NCBI GenBank assembly: GCA_965217585.1
Contig: OZ244561.1
Span: 4,160,001 to 4,224,000, forward strand
Direction: 5' to 3'
Source of the DNA: Candidatus Latescibacterota bacterium
GTDB lineage: Bacteria; Latescibacterota; UBA2968; UBA8231
Length of the DNA: 64,000 nucleotides
The notes beneath the pieces were generated by a model. The model did not search any database and was not told where the DNA came from. It worked only from the letters and a program-made list of their open reading frames with translations. The translations under genes were made by a program, and so were the position numbers. The stretch's first letter is position 1. Each line of letters begins with the position of its first letter. This document shows positions 1 to 9,591 of this stretch, in pieces.

Positions 1-2
1 GC

Positions 3-140
3 TTTGGCGCGTTCTTCGATCAGTCCGACGAATTTTGGTACGGGCTTCAAGTCGAGTGCGACTTTCGCAAACTAGCCCGAGAAAAGAAGAGGCTTACCGA
101 CGGCATCCGTCCGGCTTCGACGCTGAGCCAGACGCGCTGA
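3..140 (+). CDS. HigA-family antitoxin (HTH), 3' part only; runs off the window start
   Basis: My translation from nt 3: FGAFFDQSDEFWYGLQVECDFRKLAREKKRLTDGIRP...*, resembling the HigA C-terminal pattern (R)LxxFFgxSxEFWxxLQxxYD; TGA at 138-140. Not in the ORF track. Confidence 0.7.
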   Translation, partial: FGAFFDQSDEFWYGLQVECDFRKLAREKKRLTDGIRPASTLSQTR

Positions 141-394
141 CTGCGCGACGGTCTCCGGAGGTCAATCGGTCGTTAAGCAGAGCTTCGAGGCTGCCTCGGC
201 CACGCTACCTACCTGATTGAAGAATGGGAACGACGTTTCCTCGTCGAATTGTCCGCAACTTCGCGGTCTCTTTGTTAGCTAGCTATAGACACGATGACGC
301 GATTCTGGGCTATCTGCCTAGAGACGGGATGTCCGGCATTTTGCGTTGCCGTTGATAAGCAACCACAGAGATCCATAAGCTAAGGAAAGGCGAA

Positions 395-979
395 ATGGCT
401 AATTTGCCCCTCGTCGTCCTAATCGGCGACTCGATTCGCATGGGTTATCAGGACCATGTCACCAGCCAGTTGGCGGGCCGAGCCGAGGTTTGGGCACCCG
501 AACCAAACGGCGGCGATAGCCGCAATGTGCTCGCGCATCTGGACCAGTGGGCTCTCTCTCGCCAGCCGGACCTGGTACACGTCAATTGTGGGTTGCACGA
601 TTTGAAGAGGGCCTTTGGCGCAGAATCCGAAGTTCCCTTGGCCGAATACGAGGGCAACGTGCGGCAGATACTACAAAGGCTGCAACGCGAATTGAACGGG
701 GCCGTCGTTTGGGCCTCAACCACGCCGGTGGACGAGACTTGGCACCACCAGAACAAGGGCTTCGACCGCTTGGAGACCGACGTAGAAGCCTACAATGCTG
801 CTGCCCGCGCCGTGGCGGAGGACTTGGGCGTGCCGATTGACGACCTCTTTGCCGTTGTCCAACGCGAGGGGAAGACGCGGCTTTTGACCCAAGACGGGGT
901 GCATTTTACCACGGAGGGATCGCAGCTCTTGGGACGTGCAGTGGCCGAGTGCATCTGGGGGCATCTGTCAAACCGCTAA
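395..979 (+). CDS. SGNH/GDSL hydrolase
   Basis: GDSI block I, NCGLHD block III, DGVH block V; purine-rich RBS-like aggaaagg upstream. Confidence 0.9.
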   Translation: MANLPLVVLIGDSIRMGYQDHVTSQLAGRAEVWAPEPNGGDSRNVLAHLDQWALSRQPDLVHVNCGLHDLKRAFGAESEVPLAEYEGNVRQILQRLQRELNGAVVWASTTPVDETWHHQNKGFDRLETDVEAYNAAARAVAEDLGVPIDDLFAVVQREGKTRLLTQDGVHFTTEGSQLLGRAVAECIWGHLSNR

Positions 980-981
980 CT

Positions 982-2856
982 ATGGAAGCAACCGCAGCGC
1001 AATTAGCACAGACGCGGCAGGAGCGAGCGCAGCAAATCGCCGCAGCCGGGGATATTGGGGTGCTGGGCCGTCGCATCGACACTACGGTATCCGAGGCGCT
1101 AGTCTTGGGGCTTTGGTTGCAAGGCGTCAGGACCTTTTTTTGCGTCTTCGGTCACGGCTCGACCGAGATCGGCGAGGTGTTGCGGATTTATCAGGACGCG
1201 GGGTTGGTGCGCGTCTGTGGGGTCCGCAGCGAGATTGAGGCGTCACACGCGGCCGCGGCGCTGCGCTGGGTGCGCGGCGAAAAGGCCGCGGTCGTCACCT
1301 CGATCGGCCCGGGCGCACTGCAAGCGCTGGCGGCCTCCATTGTTCCGCGCTCGGACGGGTTGGGCGTCTGGTATCTGCTCGGGGACGAGACGACCCAAGA
1401 CGAAGGGCCGAACATGCAGCAGATCCCCGGGAGCGAACAAAACGCCTTCCTGCGGCTGTTTGGCACCATGGCCCGGACGTACTCGCTGCACACACCGCTG
1501 GCGCTTGCCACCGCGCTCCGGCGCGGACTCAACGCGGTGGATCATCCTCATCAGGCCGAGCCGTTTTTCTTGCTCTTGCCGCTCAACGTGCAACCGGCGG
1601 AACTGGCCCGATTCAATTTGGACGAGCTGCCTGTGGGTGCGCCGCCGCCGTTGGGTCCGGCCGCGGATGAGGGTCGCTACGCAGAGGCGGCAGCCGCCAT
1701 TGCCGCGGCTGAGCGCGTCGTCGTCAAGGTTGGCGGCGGTGCGCGTGGGGCCGGGGCGGAGTTGGCCGAATCGCTCGAACTAGCCGATGCGGTAGCGGTG
1801 ACTAGCCCCCTAGTCTCTGGCGTCTTGCCGTACGACCATCCGCGCAACATGACCGTCGGCGGCAGCAAGGGGTCGATCTGCGGCAACTATGCGATGGAGG
1901 AAGCCGACTTCTTGATCGCCGTTGGCTCGCGCTTTGTCTGCCAGTCCGATTCGTCGCGCACGGGCTATCCGCGCGTGCAGGGAGTCGTCAATATCAACGC
2001 CGACCCAGAGACCGCCACCCACTACGGCAAGACCATGGCCTTGGTCGGCGATGCCGCGGGGACGCTGCGGAAATTGAATCACGCACTCAGGGCTAGTGGC
2101 GCACAAAACGGCTCCCCTTCGGCGTGGTTGCGGGCCTGTAGTGACAAGAAGGGGGAGTGGGCGGCGTTTAAGGCCGTGCGCTATCGGAAGTCGGTGCTGT
2201 ACGACGAGACGTGGGACGCGGAGGTGCTGACGCAACCGACGGCCATCAAGGTGGCCACGGATTGGGCGCGCGCCGGCGACGCCGTGTGTTTTTTCGACGC
2301 CGGCGACGTGCAGGCCAACGGCTTCCAAGTAGTAGAGGATGATCGCTTGGGGCGCACCTTTACCGAGACCGGGGCTAGCTATATGGGTTTTGCGGTTTCG
2401 GCGCTGTTGGCCACGGCGGTAGCTGCTGAGCCGTTCTACGGGTTGGCCATCAGCGGCGATGGTTCTTTCACCATGAACCCGCAGGTGCTCATCGACGGCG
2501 TAGAGCACGGAGCTACCGGGTGCATCCTGCTGCTGGACAATCGGCGGATGGGCGCGATCTCGGGTTTGCAACTGGCCCAGTACGGAGCTGAGTGTGGCAC
2601 CCGCGACCGCGTGGCCGTTGACTACGTGGCTTGGGCGAGTGCAGTGGAGGGCGTGGTTGCGTTGGGCGGTGGGTATTCGCCTGAGTCGCTGGAGAGGGCG
2701 TTGGACCAAGCGCGGGCGCACGAGGGCTTGTCGCTGATACACCTCCCCGTTTATTTCGGACCAGACGAGCGCGCAGGCTTGGGGGCCTTTGGCCGCTGGA
2801 ATGTCGGCAACTGGTGCGCCGATACCGAGGCGCTGCGCCACGAGATTGGACTTTAA
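982..2856 (+). CDS. ThDP-dependent enzyme, IolD-like (cyclic diketone acylhydrolase family)
   Basis: FGHG, TSIGPGA, MQQ, ETGASYMGF and GDGSF...DN ThDP motifs parallel IolD; start moved to ATG 982, just after the upstream stop. Confidence 0.8.
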   Translation: MEATAAQLAQTRQERAQQIAAAGDIGVLGRRIDTTVSEALVLGLWLQGVRTFFCVFGHGSTEIGEVLRIYQDAGLVRVCGVRSEIEASHAAAALRWVRGEKAAVVTSIGPGALQALAASIVPRSDGLGVWYLLGDETTQDEGPNMQQIPGSEQNAFLRLFGTMARTYSLHTPLALATALRRGLNAVDHPHQAEPFFLLLPLNVQPAELARFNLDELPVGAPPPLGPAADEGRYAEAAAAIAAAERVVVKVGGGARGAGAELAESLELADAVAVTSPLVSGVLPYDHPRNMTVGGSKGSICGNYAMEEADFLIAVGSRFVCQSDSSRTGYPRVQGVVNINADPETATHYGKTMALVGDAAGTLRKLNHALRASGAQNGSPSAWLRACSDKKGEWAAFKAVRYRKSVLYDETWDAEVLTQPTAIKVATDWARAGDAVCFFDAGDVQANGFQVVEDDRLGRTFTETGASYMGFAVSALLATAVAAEPFYGLAISGDGSFTMNPQVLIDGVEHGATGCILLLDNRRMGAISGLQLAQYGAECGTRDRVAVDYVAWASAVEGVVALGGGYSPESLERALDQARAHEGLSLIHLPVYFGPDERAGLGAFGRWNVGNWCADTEALRHEIGL

Positions 2857-2873
2857 CAGCCGGAGGAAATCGC

Positions 2874-3887
2874 ATGAAAATTGCCATGTTGCACGGTCCG
2901 CGCGACTTGCGGATTGAGGATCTGACGCTGGACACGGAGAATTTGGAGGACGACCAGATTTGGGTGGAGACGGAGATTACGGGATTTAAGATCGGCACCG
3001 ACCGCGGCAACTACGAAGGGGCCGAACAGGTGCCCGGGGCACCGGATTTTCCGCGCTGGGTGGGCGACAGCAACCTAGGCGTGGTGCGAGGGGTCGGCAG
3101 CAAGGTCACCAAGTTCGCGGTGGGGGATCGGGTGGTGTCGCGGCATCCCCATCAGTCGGCGTATGTGGCGCGGGACAGCGAGAGCATCGTCGTGGTGCCG
3201 GACGGGGTTGCGGCCGAAGACGCGGTATTCGCCCATTTGTACGCCTTGAGCATGCATTGCTACAGCAAGGCGTTTTTCGCGCCCGGCGAGACCGTGGCCG
3301 TCGTGGGATTGGGCGTCTTGGGGCTGGGGGCGGTGGCGCTAGGCCCGCTTTTTGGCGCGCGAGTAGTGGGGCTGGGCAACAGCTCGGTGCGGCTGGATAT
3401 GGCGCGCGAGATGGGGGCGCACGAGGCTCTGTTGTCGGATGACCCCGAGCTAGCGGCCAAGCTGGACGAATTCACCCACGGGCAGGGGATCGACTTGGTG
3501 ATCCTGACGGCCAACCCTTGGCCGGCGTATCGCACGGCGATGGAAGTAGTCCGAACCAACGGACGGGTGTCCATCGTCAGCTTGCCCGGGCGGGGTGAAG
3601 AACCGCTGGATTTTAATCCGTTGGATATGCGTTGGTTTTACTTCAAGGGCGTTTCGCTCTGCGCCGTCAACGACCAGGCTGGGTCGCTCTTTCCACCGCC
3701 GGACGGAGACCGCTTTGACAACGACAGCCGCTGCACTCACGTGCTCTCGCTAATGCAGGAAGGCAAGCTCCAGCCGAGCCGCTTGGTCACCCACCGGCTG
3801 CACTACTCGGACATGGTGCAAGCCTACGAAATGGCATACCGCCGAGAGAAAAACATGCTCAACGTGGTATTCAACTGGAAGGACTGA
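2874..3887 (+). CDS. MDR-family (alcohol dehydrogenase-like) oxidoreductase
   Basis: GroES-like N-terminus, VGDRV, GLGVLG Rossmann motif; ggagg RBS before ATG 2874. Confidence 0.85.
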   Translation: MKIAMLHGPRDLRIEDLTLDTENLEDDQIWVETEITGFKIGTDRGNYEGAEQVPGAPDFPRWVGDSNLGVVRGVGSKVTKFAVGDRVVSRHPHQSAYVARDSESIVVVPDGVAAEDAVFAHLYALSMHCYSKAFFAPGETVAVVGLGVLGLGAVALGPLFGARVVGLGNSSVRLDMAREMGAHEALLSDDPELAAKLDEFTHGQGIDLVILTANPWPAYRTAMEVVRTNGRVSIVSLPGRGEEPLDFNPLDMRWFYFKGVSLCAVNDQAGSLFPPPDGDRFDNDSRCTHVLSLMQEGKLQPSRLVTHRLHYSDMVQAYEMAYRREKNMLNVVFNWKD

Positions 3888-3893
3888 AGCGCT

Positions 3894-4733
3894 ATGGAGC
3901 TGCTGCCGACGACCAATGCCGACGGGCGGGACGTCGTCCCGATGACCGGGGCCCAGAAGTACCTCTTCGACCTCAAGGGATTTATCGCGTTGCCCGCGCT
4001 GTTGAGCGAAGAAGAGCTGGTGCTGATTCGAGCTCACCAGCATAAGTTCCTCTACGAGCGCGAGTCCCTGCCGCCGGACGAGCGCGACAATCACGGCGGC
4101 CCGTCGCAGATTTTGCTCGACCACCCGGCGGTCGTGGGCGTGCTCAACGAAGTGCTCTCGCATCAGGCGCTGGCCAGCGAAGAGTGCTATGGGTTTCGCT
4201 ACGACCACACCTATACCAGCCATCGCCGAACTGGGCACGACAACTTCGGCCCGCACGGCGGCGGCGGGTACTTCAACTTTCGCGGCAACTCGCACATCTA
4301 CCAGATGCAGCAGGGCAAGGTGCATTCCGGGCTGACGCGAGTGGTGTGGGAGCTCAACGAGGTCGGCGAGGGCGACGGGGGCACGCTCTTTTTGCCGGGC
4401 AGCCACAAGGCCGCCTTCTCCCGGCCCGAAGAGCTGAGCGAGCGCGACAGCTCGCTGTGGGAGAGCTATACCTGCCCGGCTGGTTCGGCGGTGATTTTCA
4501 CTGAAGCCCTGTGCCATTCGGGCACGCGTTGGACCAACCAGCAGTGGGACCGGCTGACCTTGTTTACCTGCTACGACACAGTCAATTCCAAGTGGGGTAA
4601 AGGGTGCCCTGCGCCCGAAGTTGTCGCCTCGTTCCCAGAGAAGCGCCGCACGCTCTTCCGGGGCGTGTGGCACGGGATGAGCGACGTGCCCGGCATCAAC
4701 AAATACTACGAAGCAGCCAACCAAGCTGTTTGA
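3894..4733 (+). CDS. PhyH-family Fe(II)/2-oxoglutarate dioxygenase
   Basis: FDLKGF N-terminal motif, PHGG, LPGSHK, PAGSAVIFTEALCHSG, R near the C-terminal strand. Confidence 0.8.
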   Translation: MELLPTTNADGRDVVPMTGAQKYLFDLKGFIALPALLSEEELVLIRAHQHKFLYERESLPPDERDNHGGPSQILLDHPAVVGVLNEVLSHQALASEECYGFRYDHTYTSHRRTGHDNFGPHGGGGYFNFRGNSHIYQMQQGKVHSGLTRVVWELNEVGEGDGGTLFLPGSHKAAFSRPEELSERDSSLWESYTCPAGSAVIFTEALCHSGTRWTNQQWDRLTLFTCYDTVNSKWGKGCPAPEVVASFPEKRRTLFRGVWHGMSDVPGINKYYEAANQAV

Positions 4734-4753
4734 GCGTGACGAAAGAATCCTGC

Positions 4754-7480
4754 ATGAGCGAAAAAGTTCTCTTCCTGCTCGATGGCATGGCGTTGGTCTA
4801 TCGGGGCCACTTCGCCCTGATCCGCAACCCGCGCCTGACCTCGAAGGGCATGAACACATCGGCCGTTTTTGCCTTTGCCAACACCTTGCTCTCCATCATC
4901 GAAAAAGGCGCGCCAACGCATATCGCCGTCGTCTTCGACACACCGGAGCCTACCCACCGACACCACAAGTACGAAGAGTACAAAGCCCAGCGCGAGGCGA
5001 TGCCCGAGGATCTGAGCCAAGCACTGCCGTACGTATTTCGGCTCTGCGAGGCGTTTAATATCCCGGTCTTGCGCGAGCCGGGGTGGGAGGCCGACGACGT
5101 GATAGGCACGTTAGCCAAAAAAGCCGAGGCTGAGGGGTTTGCGACGTACATGGTCACGCCCGACAAGGACTACGGCCAGCTCGTTTCCGAGCGGAGCTTT
5201 ATGTACAAGCCGGGGCGCGGCGGCGACGAGGCCGAGGTTTTGGGGGTGCCGGAAATCCTCGCACAATGGCAAATCGAGCGGATCGACCAAGTGGTTGATG
5301 TGCTGGGGCTGATGGGCGATTCGTCGGATAATGTGCCCGGCGTTCCTGGGATCGGCCCCAAGACGGCGCAAAAGCTCATCGCCCAGTACGGTAGCGTCGA
5401 AGAGTTGCTGGCGCACTCCGACCAGCTCAAGGGCAAACAGAAACAGAACGTAGAGGAATACCGGGAACAGGCCCTGCTCTCCAAAGAATTGGTCACCATC
5501 GAGTGCAATGTGCCACTGGACGTGGGACTGGCGGATTTGGTCAAGGCCGAATGGGACCGCCAGAAGCTGGAGGCCCTCTTCACCGAGCTCGAATTCAATA
5601 CGCTGGGCCGGCGGCTCCTCGGCGACGAGTTTAGCGTTGAAAAGGAGCAGGCCCACGGCCCGCTCAAAGGGGTGGCGGATGTAGAGCACGACTATCAGTT
5701 CGTCGATACGCCCGACAAGCGGCGGGCGTTGATCGCGGCGCTGTTGGAGCAGCCAGCGTTTTGCTTTGACTGCGAGACCGATGGTCTCGACGCCCGGCAG
5801 TGCAACCTTATTGGCTTGGCCTTTTCGTGGGCACCGGGCACGGGCCACTACGTGTCAATGCCTAGGGCACGGGCCGAGGTGCTGGCTGTTTTGGAAGAAT
5901 TTCGCCCGGTCTTTGAAAGTGGAGCGAGTGAAAAGATCGGCCACAACCTCAAGTACGATCTCAGCGTCCTCCGTTGGCACGGCATGAGAGTGGAAGGGCC
6001 TTTCTTCGACACGATGCTGGCGGCGACCTTGGCCGAGCCAGAGCTGAGACGCAGCATGGACGAGCTAGCCAAGAGCCTGCTCTCCTACTCGCCCAAACCC
6101 ATATCCGAACTGATCGGCGAGCGCGGTGGTGAGCAGCTAACGCTCTTGCAGGTGCCGGTGGAGCAAGTGGCCGAGTACGCTTGCGAGGATGCGGATATCA
6201 CCTTTCAACTCGCCGCGGCGCTGCGGCCGAAGATCGAAGACATGGATCAGCAGCGCGTTTTTTATGAGGTCGAGGCCCCGCTGCTGCCGGTGCTGGTGGA
6301 CATGGAATTCGAGGGCATCCGCATGGAGACGGCGGCCCTCTCCGCGCTCTCGCGGCAGTTTGAGGAGGCCATCGAACAGGCTGCCGAGCGCGTCTTTGAA
6401 TTGGCCGGGGAGCGCTTCAACCTCAATTCAGGCAATCAGCTAGGCACTATTCTTTTTGAGAAGATGGAGCTGGACCCCAATGCCCGGCGGACGCAAAAGA
6501 CCGGCCAGTACCAAACCAGCGAACAGATCTTGCGTCGGCTGGCCAATCGCCACGAGATTGCGCGGCAGGTGCTCGACTACCGACTGCATACCAAGCTCAA
6601 GTCGACGTATGTCGATCAGCTCCCCGGCGCGGTCTATAAGGCCACCGGGCGCGTGCACACTAACTACGAGCAGCTAATGACCGCCACCGGGCGGATGAAG
6701 TCCGATCGCCCGAATCTCCAGAACATTCCGATTCGTAGCGAGCAGGGGCGGGAAATCCGCCGCGCCTTTGTGCCGCGCAGCAGCGAATACCTGCTCTTCT
6801 CGGCCGATTATTCGCAGATAGAGCTGCGGATCGCCGCCGCGCTCAGCAGTGACGAGGGGATGCTGGACACTTTCAAAAGCGGCGGCGACATCCACGTAGC
6901 TACGGCTGTAAAGATCTATCAAGTCGGCGAGGAGCAGGTGACCGACCAGATGCGCCGTCAGGCCAAGACGGTCAACTTCGGCATCATCTACGGGATCTCG
7001 CCCTTTGGCTTGGCCGAGCGACTCGACATTCCGCGCTGGCAGGCCTCCGAGCTGATCGATCAGTACTTTGACCAGTATCCAGGGGTGCGGCGCTATCTCG
7101 ACGAGACTGTGGAGTTTGCCCGCGACAAGGGGTACGTGGAGACGGTGACCGGGCGGCGGCGCTATCTGCGCGACATCAACTCGCGCAATGCCACCACCCG
7201 CAAGGGAGCCGAGCGCAATGCGATCAATACCCGCATTCAGGGCACGGCCGCGGATATGATCAAGCTCGCCATGAGCCGAATCCACCGGCTGCTACGCGAG
7301 GAAGGGTTTCGCTCGGCGATGCTGTTGCAGGTCCACGACGAGTTGGTCTTTGACTTGCACCAGGACGAGGTAGAGACCCTGCCGCCGCTAGTCGTGCGCG
7401 AGATGCGCGAGGCCCTGCAGATGGAGGTGCCGATAGAAATCGAGATGGGCACCGGCGAGAATTGGCTGGAGGCGCACTGA
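4754..7480 (+). CDS. polA: DNA polymerase I
   Basis: 5'-3' exonuclease (LLDG, EADD, GDSSDNVPGVPGIGPKTA), 3'-5' exonuclease (FDCET, GHNLKYD, YACEDAD), polymerase motifs ADYSQIELR, AKTVNFGIIYG, QVHDELVF. Confidence 0.98.
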   Translation: MSEKVLFLLDGMALVYRGHFALIRNPRLTSKGMNTSAVFAFANTLLSIIEKGAPTHIAVVFDTPEPTHRHHKYEEYKAQREAMPEDLSQALPYVFRLCEAFNIPVLREPGWEADDVIGTLAKKAEAEGFATYMVTPDKDYGQLVSERSFMYKPGRGGDEAEVLGVPEILAQWQIERIDQVVDVLGLMGDSSDNVPGVPGIGPKTAQKLIAQYGSVEELLAHSDQLKGKQKQNVEEYREQALLSKELVTIECNVPLDVGLADLVKAEWDRQKLEALFTELEFNTLGRRLLGDEFSVEKEQAHGPLKGVADVEHDYQFVDTPDKRRALIAALLEQPAFCFDCETDGLDARQCNLIGLAFSWAPGTGHYVSMPRARAEVLAVLEEFRPVFESGASEKIGHNLKYDLSVLRWHGMRVEGPFFDTMLAATLAEPELRRSMDELAKSLLSYSPKPISELIGERGGEQLTLLQVPVEQVAEYACEDADITFQLAAALRPKIEDMDQQRVFYEVEAPLLPVLVDMEFEGIRMETAALSALSRQFEEAIEQAAERVFELAGERFNLNSGNQLGTILFEKMELDPNARRTQKTGQYQTSEQILRRLANRHEIARQVLDYRLHTKLKSTYVDQLPGAVYKATGRVHTNYEQLMTATGRMKSDRPNLQNIPIRSEQGREIRRAFVPRSSEYLLFSADYSQIELRIAAALSSDEGMLDTFKSGGDIHVATAVKIYQVGEEQVTDQMRRQAKTVNFGIIYGISPFGLAERLDIPRWQASELIDQYFDQYPGVRRYLDETVEFARDKGYVETVTGRRRYLRDINSRNATTRKGAERNAINTRIQGTAADMIKLAMSRIHRLLREEGFRSAMLLQVHDELVFDLHQDEVETLPPLVVREMREALQMEVPIEIEMGTGENWLEAH

Positions 7481-7635
7481 GGATCTGGCAAAAAATACGA
7501 ACTACGAGCAAGGCCCATTCCCATCGCGCCGAAATGACGGAACCTGCATTGGATGGACCCTTGTGATTGCTTGACGGACCGACTAGACGACAACCGAAGT
7601 AGCTAAACACACAACAGAGAAAGGCACTGGTAATA

Positions 7636-8679
7636 ATGGGCGAGCGCATCCGTGGCTTTGGCAGCGACAATCACGCTGGGGTCCACCCCGAGGTCATGGC
7701 GGCCTTACACCGAGTCAACGTGGGGCACGTGCATTCCTATGGGGACGATCCCCACACTGTTGAAGCCGTCGCGCTTTTTCGGGAGGTGTTGGGATCGGAT
7801 GTAGAGGTTTTCTTTGCATTCAACGGCACCGGAGCCAATGTTACGGCCCTCTCCGCGCTCACGCGCTTTTACGACGCGGTGATCTGCTCTGACACCGCTC
7901 ATCTCCACATCGACGAATGCGGTGCCCCCGAACAGGTGGCCGGCGTCAAGCTCCTACCCGCGCCCGCACCCGACGGCAAAATCACTCCCGAGGGAATCGC
8001 CGCCCATATTGCGGCTCGGGGTGACGAGCACCAAGTGCGCCCCCGCGTGGTGTCGATTACTCAGGCCACCGAATTGGGCACCGTCTATGCGCCCAGCGAG
8101 ATCCGCGCCCTCGCCGACTGCGCCCATGAGCACGGGTTGCTCCTGCATGTCGATGGGGCGCGAATCGCCAACGCAGCCGTGGGCTTGAACTTGGAACTGC
8201 GGGAGGCCACTGGGGATTGCGGGGTTGATGTGTTGTCGTTTGGCGGCACCAAGAACGGCCTGATGCTGGGGGAAGCCGTGGTCTTTTTTCAGCCTGAGCT
8301 GGCCGCGCACTATCGCCGGGCGCGCAAGCAGGGGATGCAATTGGCCTCTAAGATGCGCTTTGTCGCCGCGCAGTTTACGGCCCTGCTGACCGACGACCTG
8401 TGGCGTCGGAGCGCCCAGCACGCCAACGCCATGGCGCAGGTGCTGGCCGAGCGAGTGCGGCCCATTCGCGGGGTGGAGGTGATTTACCCAGTGCAGGCCA
8501 ACGCCGTCTTTGCCCGGTTGCCGACAGAAGTGATCCCCATTTTGCAGCAGGAGTTCTTCTTTTATCCCTGGAATGCCACGCGAGGCGAGGTGCGTTGGAT
8601 GACCTCGTTTGACACTGAGGTAGAGGATATAGAGGCATTTGCGACGCTGATCGAAAAGTTTCTCCCTCCGACTGAATAG
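7636..8679 (+). CDS. ltaE: Low-specificity L-threonine aldolase (PLP)
   Basis: FGSDNHAG, NGTGAN, HVDGARIANA, SFGGTKNG, QLASKMRF. Confidence 0.9.
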   Translation: MGERIRGFGSDNHAGVHPEVMAALHRVNVGHVHSYGDDPHTVEAVALFREVLGSDVEVFFAFNGTGANVTALSALTRFYDAVICSDTAHLHIDECGAPEQVAGVKLLPAPAPDGKITPEGIAAHIAARGDEHQVRPRVVSITQATELGTVYAPSEIRALADCAHEHGLLLHVDGARIANAAVGLNLELREATGDCGVDVLSFGGTKNGLMLGEAVVFFQPELAAHYRRARKQGMQLASKMRFVAAQFTALLTDDLWRRSAQHANAMAQVLAERVRPIRGVEVIYPVQANAVFARLPTEVIPILQQEFFFYPWNATRGEVRWMTSFDTEVEDIEAFATLIEKFLPPTE

Positions 8680-8718
8680 TCGGAACCAACGCTTCTCCCT
8701 CCGACTGAATAGTCGGAG
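8660..8718. repeat. Tandem pair of 25-bp repeats, each containing a hairpin (REP-like)
   Basis: TTCTCCCTCCGACTGAATAGTCGGA at 8660-8684 and 8693-8717; TCCGACT-gaat-AGTCGGA stem; the first copy contains the ltaE stop codon. Confidence 0.85.
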
Positions 8719-8747
8719 CCAAAAACCTTGACAGAAAGGAACGCATC

Positions 8748-9581
8748 GTGATCATCGACACCCATACCCATTTCTACGATCCCACGCGGCCGGAAGGGGT
8801 CCCTTGGCCGCCAGCCGACAACGAGCTGCTCTACCGCACGGTATTGCCCGAGCATCACCGCGCCCTCGCCGCGCCCGAAGGGGTGACCGGGACGGTGGTA
8901 GTGGAAGCTAGTGCGTGGCTGGCGGATAATCAGTGGATTCTGGATTTGGCCGCCGCCGACCCCTGGATCGTCGGGCTGGTGGGCCACGTCGATCCCAACC
9001 GAGAGGAGTTCAAAGACGACATTGACCGCCTTGCAGATAACGCGCTCTTCCTCGGCATTCGCTGCGGCGGTGGGTATTTTGCCGACTTGGAGGCCGGGTC
9101 TTTTCTCGCCGACATGGAGCACCTCGTCGCACGGGACTTGAACCTCGACGTGCTGGTGGGGCCGGCGGACTTGGCCCAAGTGGCCGAACTGGCCCGGCGA
9201 CTGCCCGAATTGCGCATCGTCATCAACCACTGTGGCGGAGTAGGGACCGACGGCGGCGATCCCGGTCCGGCGTGGTTGGACGCCATGGCCCAAGCGGCCG
9301 AGCATCCGCAAGTCTTTATGAAGGTCTCGGCGATCATGGAGCAAAGCAGAGTGGATCCGGTGCCGGAAGGGCTGGACTTTTATCGCCCGATCTTGGACGC
9401 AATGTGGGATGCCTTTGGCGCAGACCGCGTGATCTACGGCAGCAATTGGCCCGTCAGTGACCGGGCGGGGAGTTTTAAGGCCGCCATCTCCATCGTCAAA
9501 GCGTACTTTGGCGAAAAGGGCGTGACGGAGCAGTATTTATGGAAAAACGGCAAGATCGCCTACAAGTGGTTAGACCGCTAA
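8748..9581 (+). CDS. Amidohydrolase_2 family protein (sugar lactonase-like)
   Basis: IIDTHTHF, INHCG, YGSNWPV motifs. Confidence 0.85.
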   Translation: MIIDTHTHFYDPTRPEGVPWPPADNELLYRTVLPEHHRALAAPEGVTGTVVVEASAWLADNQWILDLAAADPWIVGLVGHVDPNREEFKDDIDRLADNALFLGIRCGGGYFADLEAGSFLADMEHLVARDLNLDVLVGPADLAQVAELARRLPELRIVINHCGGVGTDGGDPGPAWLDAMAQAAEHPQVFMKVSAIMEQSRVDPVPEGLDFYRPILDAMWDAFGADRVIYGSNWPVSDRAGSFKAAISIVKAYFGEKGVTEQYLWKNGKIAYKWLDR

Positions 9582-9591
9582 GGAGGCCATT

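Noticed and set aside
141-394. ORF 35..220 or an ncRNA in this spacer
   Set aside because: The ORF overlaps the better-supported HigA frame; no recognisable motif or strong structure.
1810-2841. Long antisense or alternate-frame ORFs (also 3750-4859, 22678-23652, 34910-35914, 52628-53902)
   Set aside because: Shadows of well-supported genes, expected in GC-rich DNA; no motifs.
7481-7635. Possible glycine riboswitch ahead of threonine aldolase (CCGAAG-like words)
   Set aside because: GGAGA and CTCTCAGG core elements are absent and no convincing P1 stem is visible.
8660-8718. Mini-CRISPR array
   Set aside because: Only two repeats with an 8-bp spacer and no cas genes.
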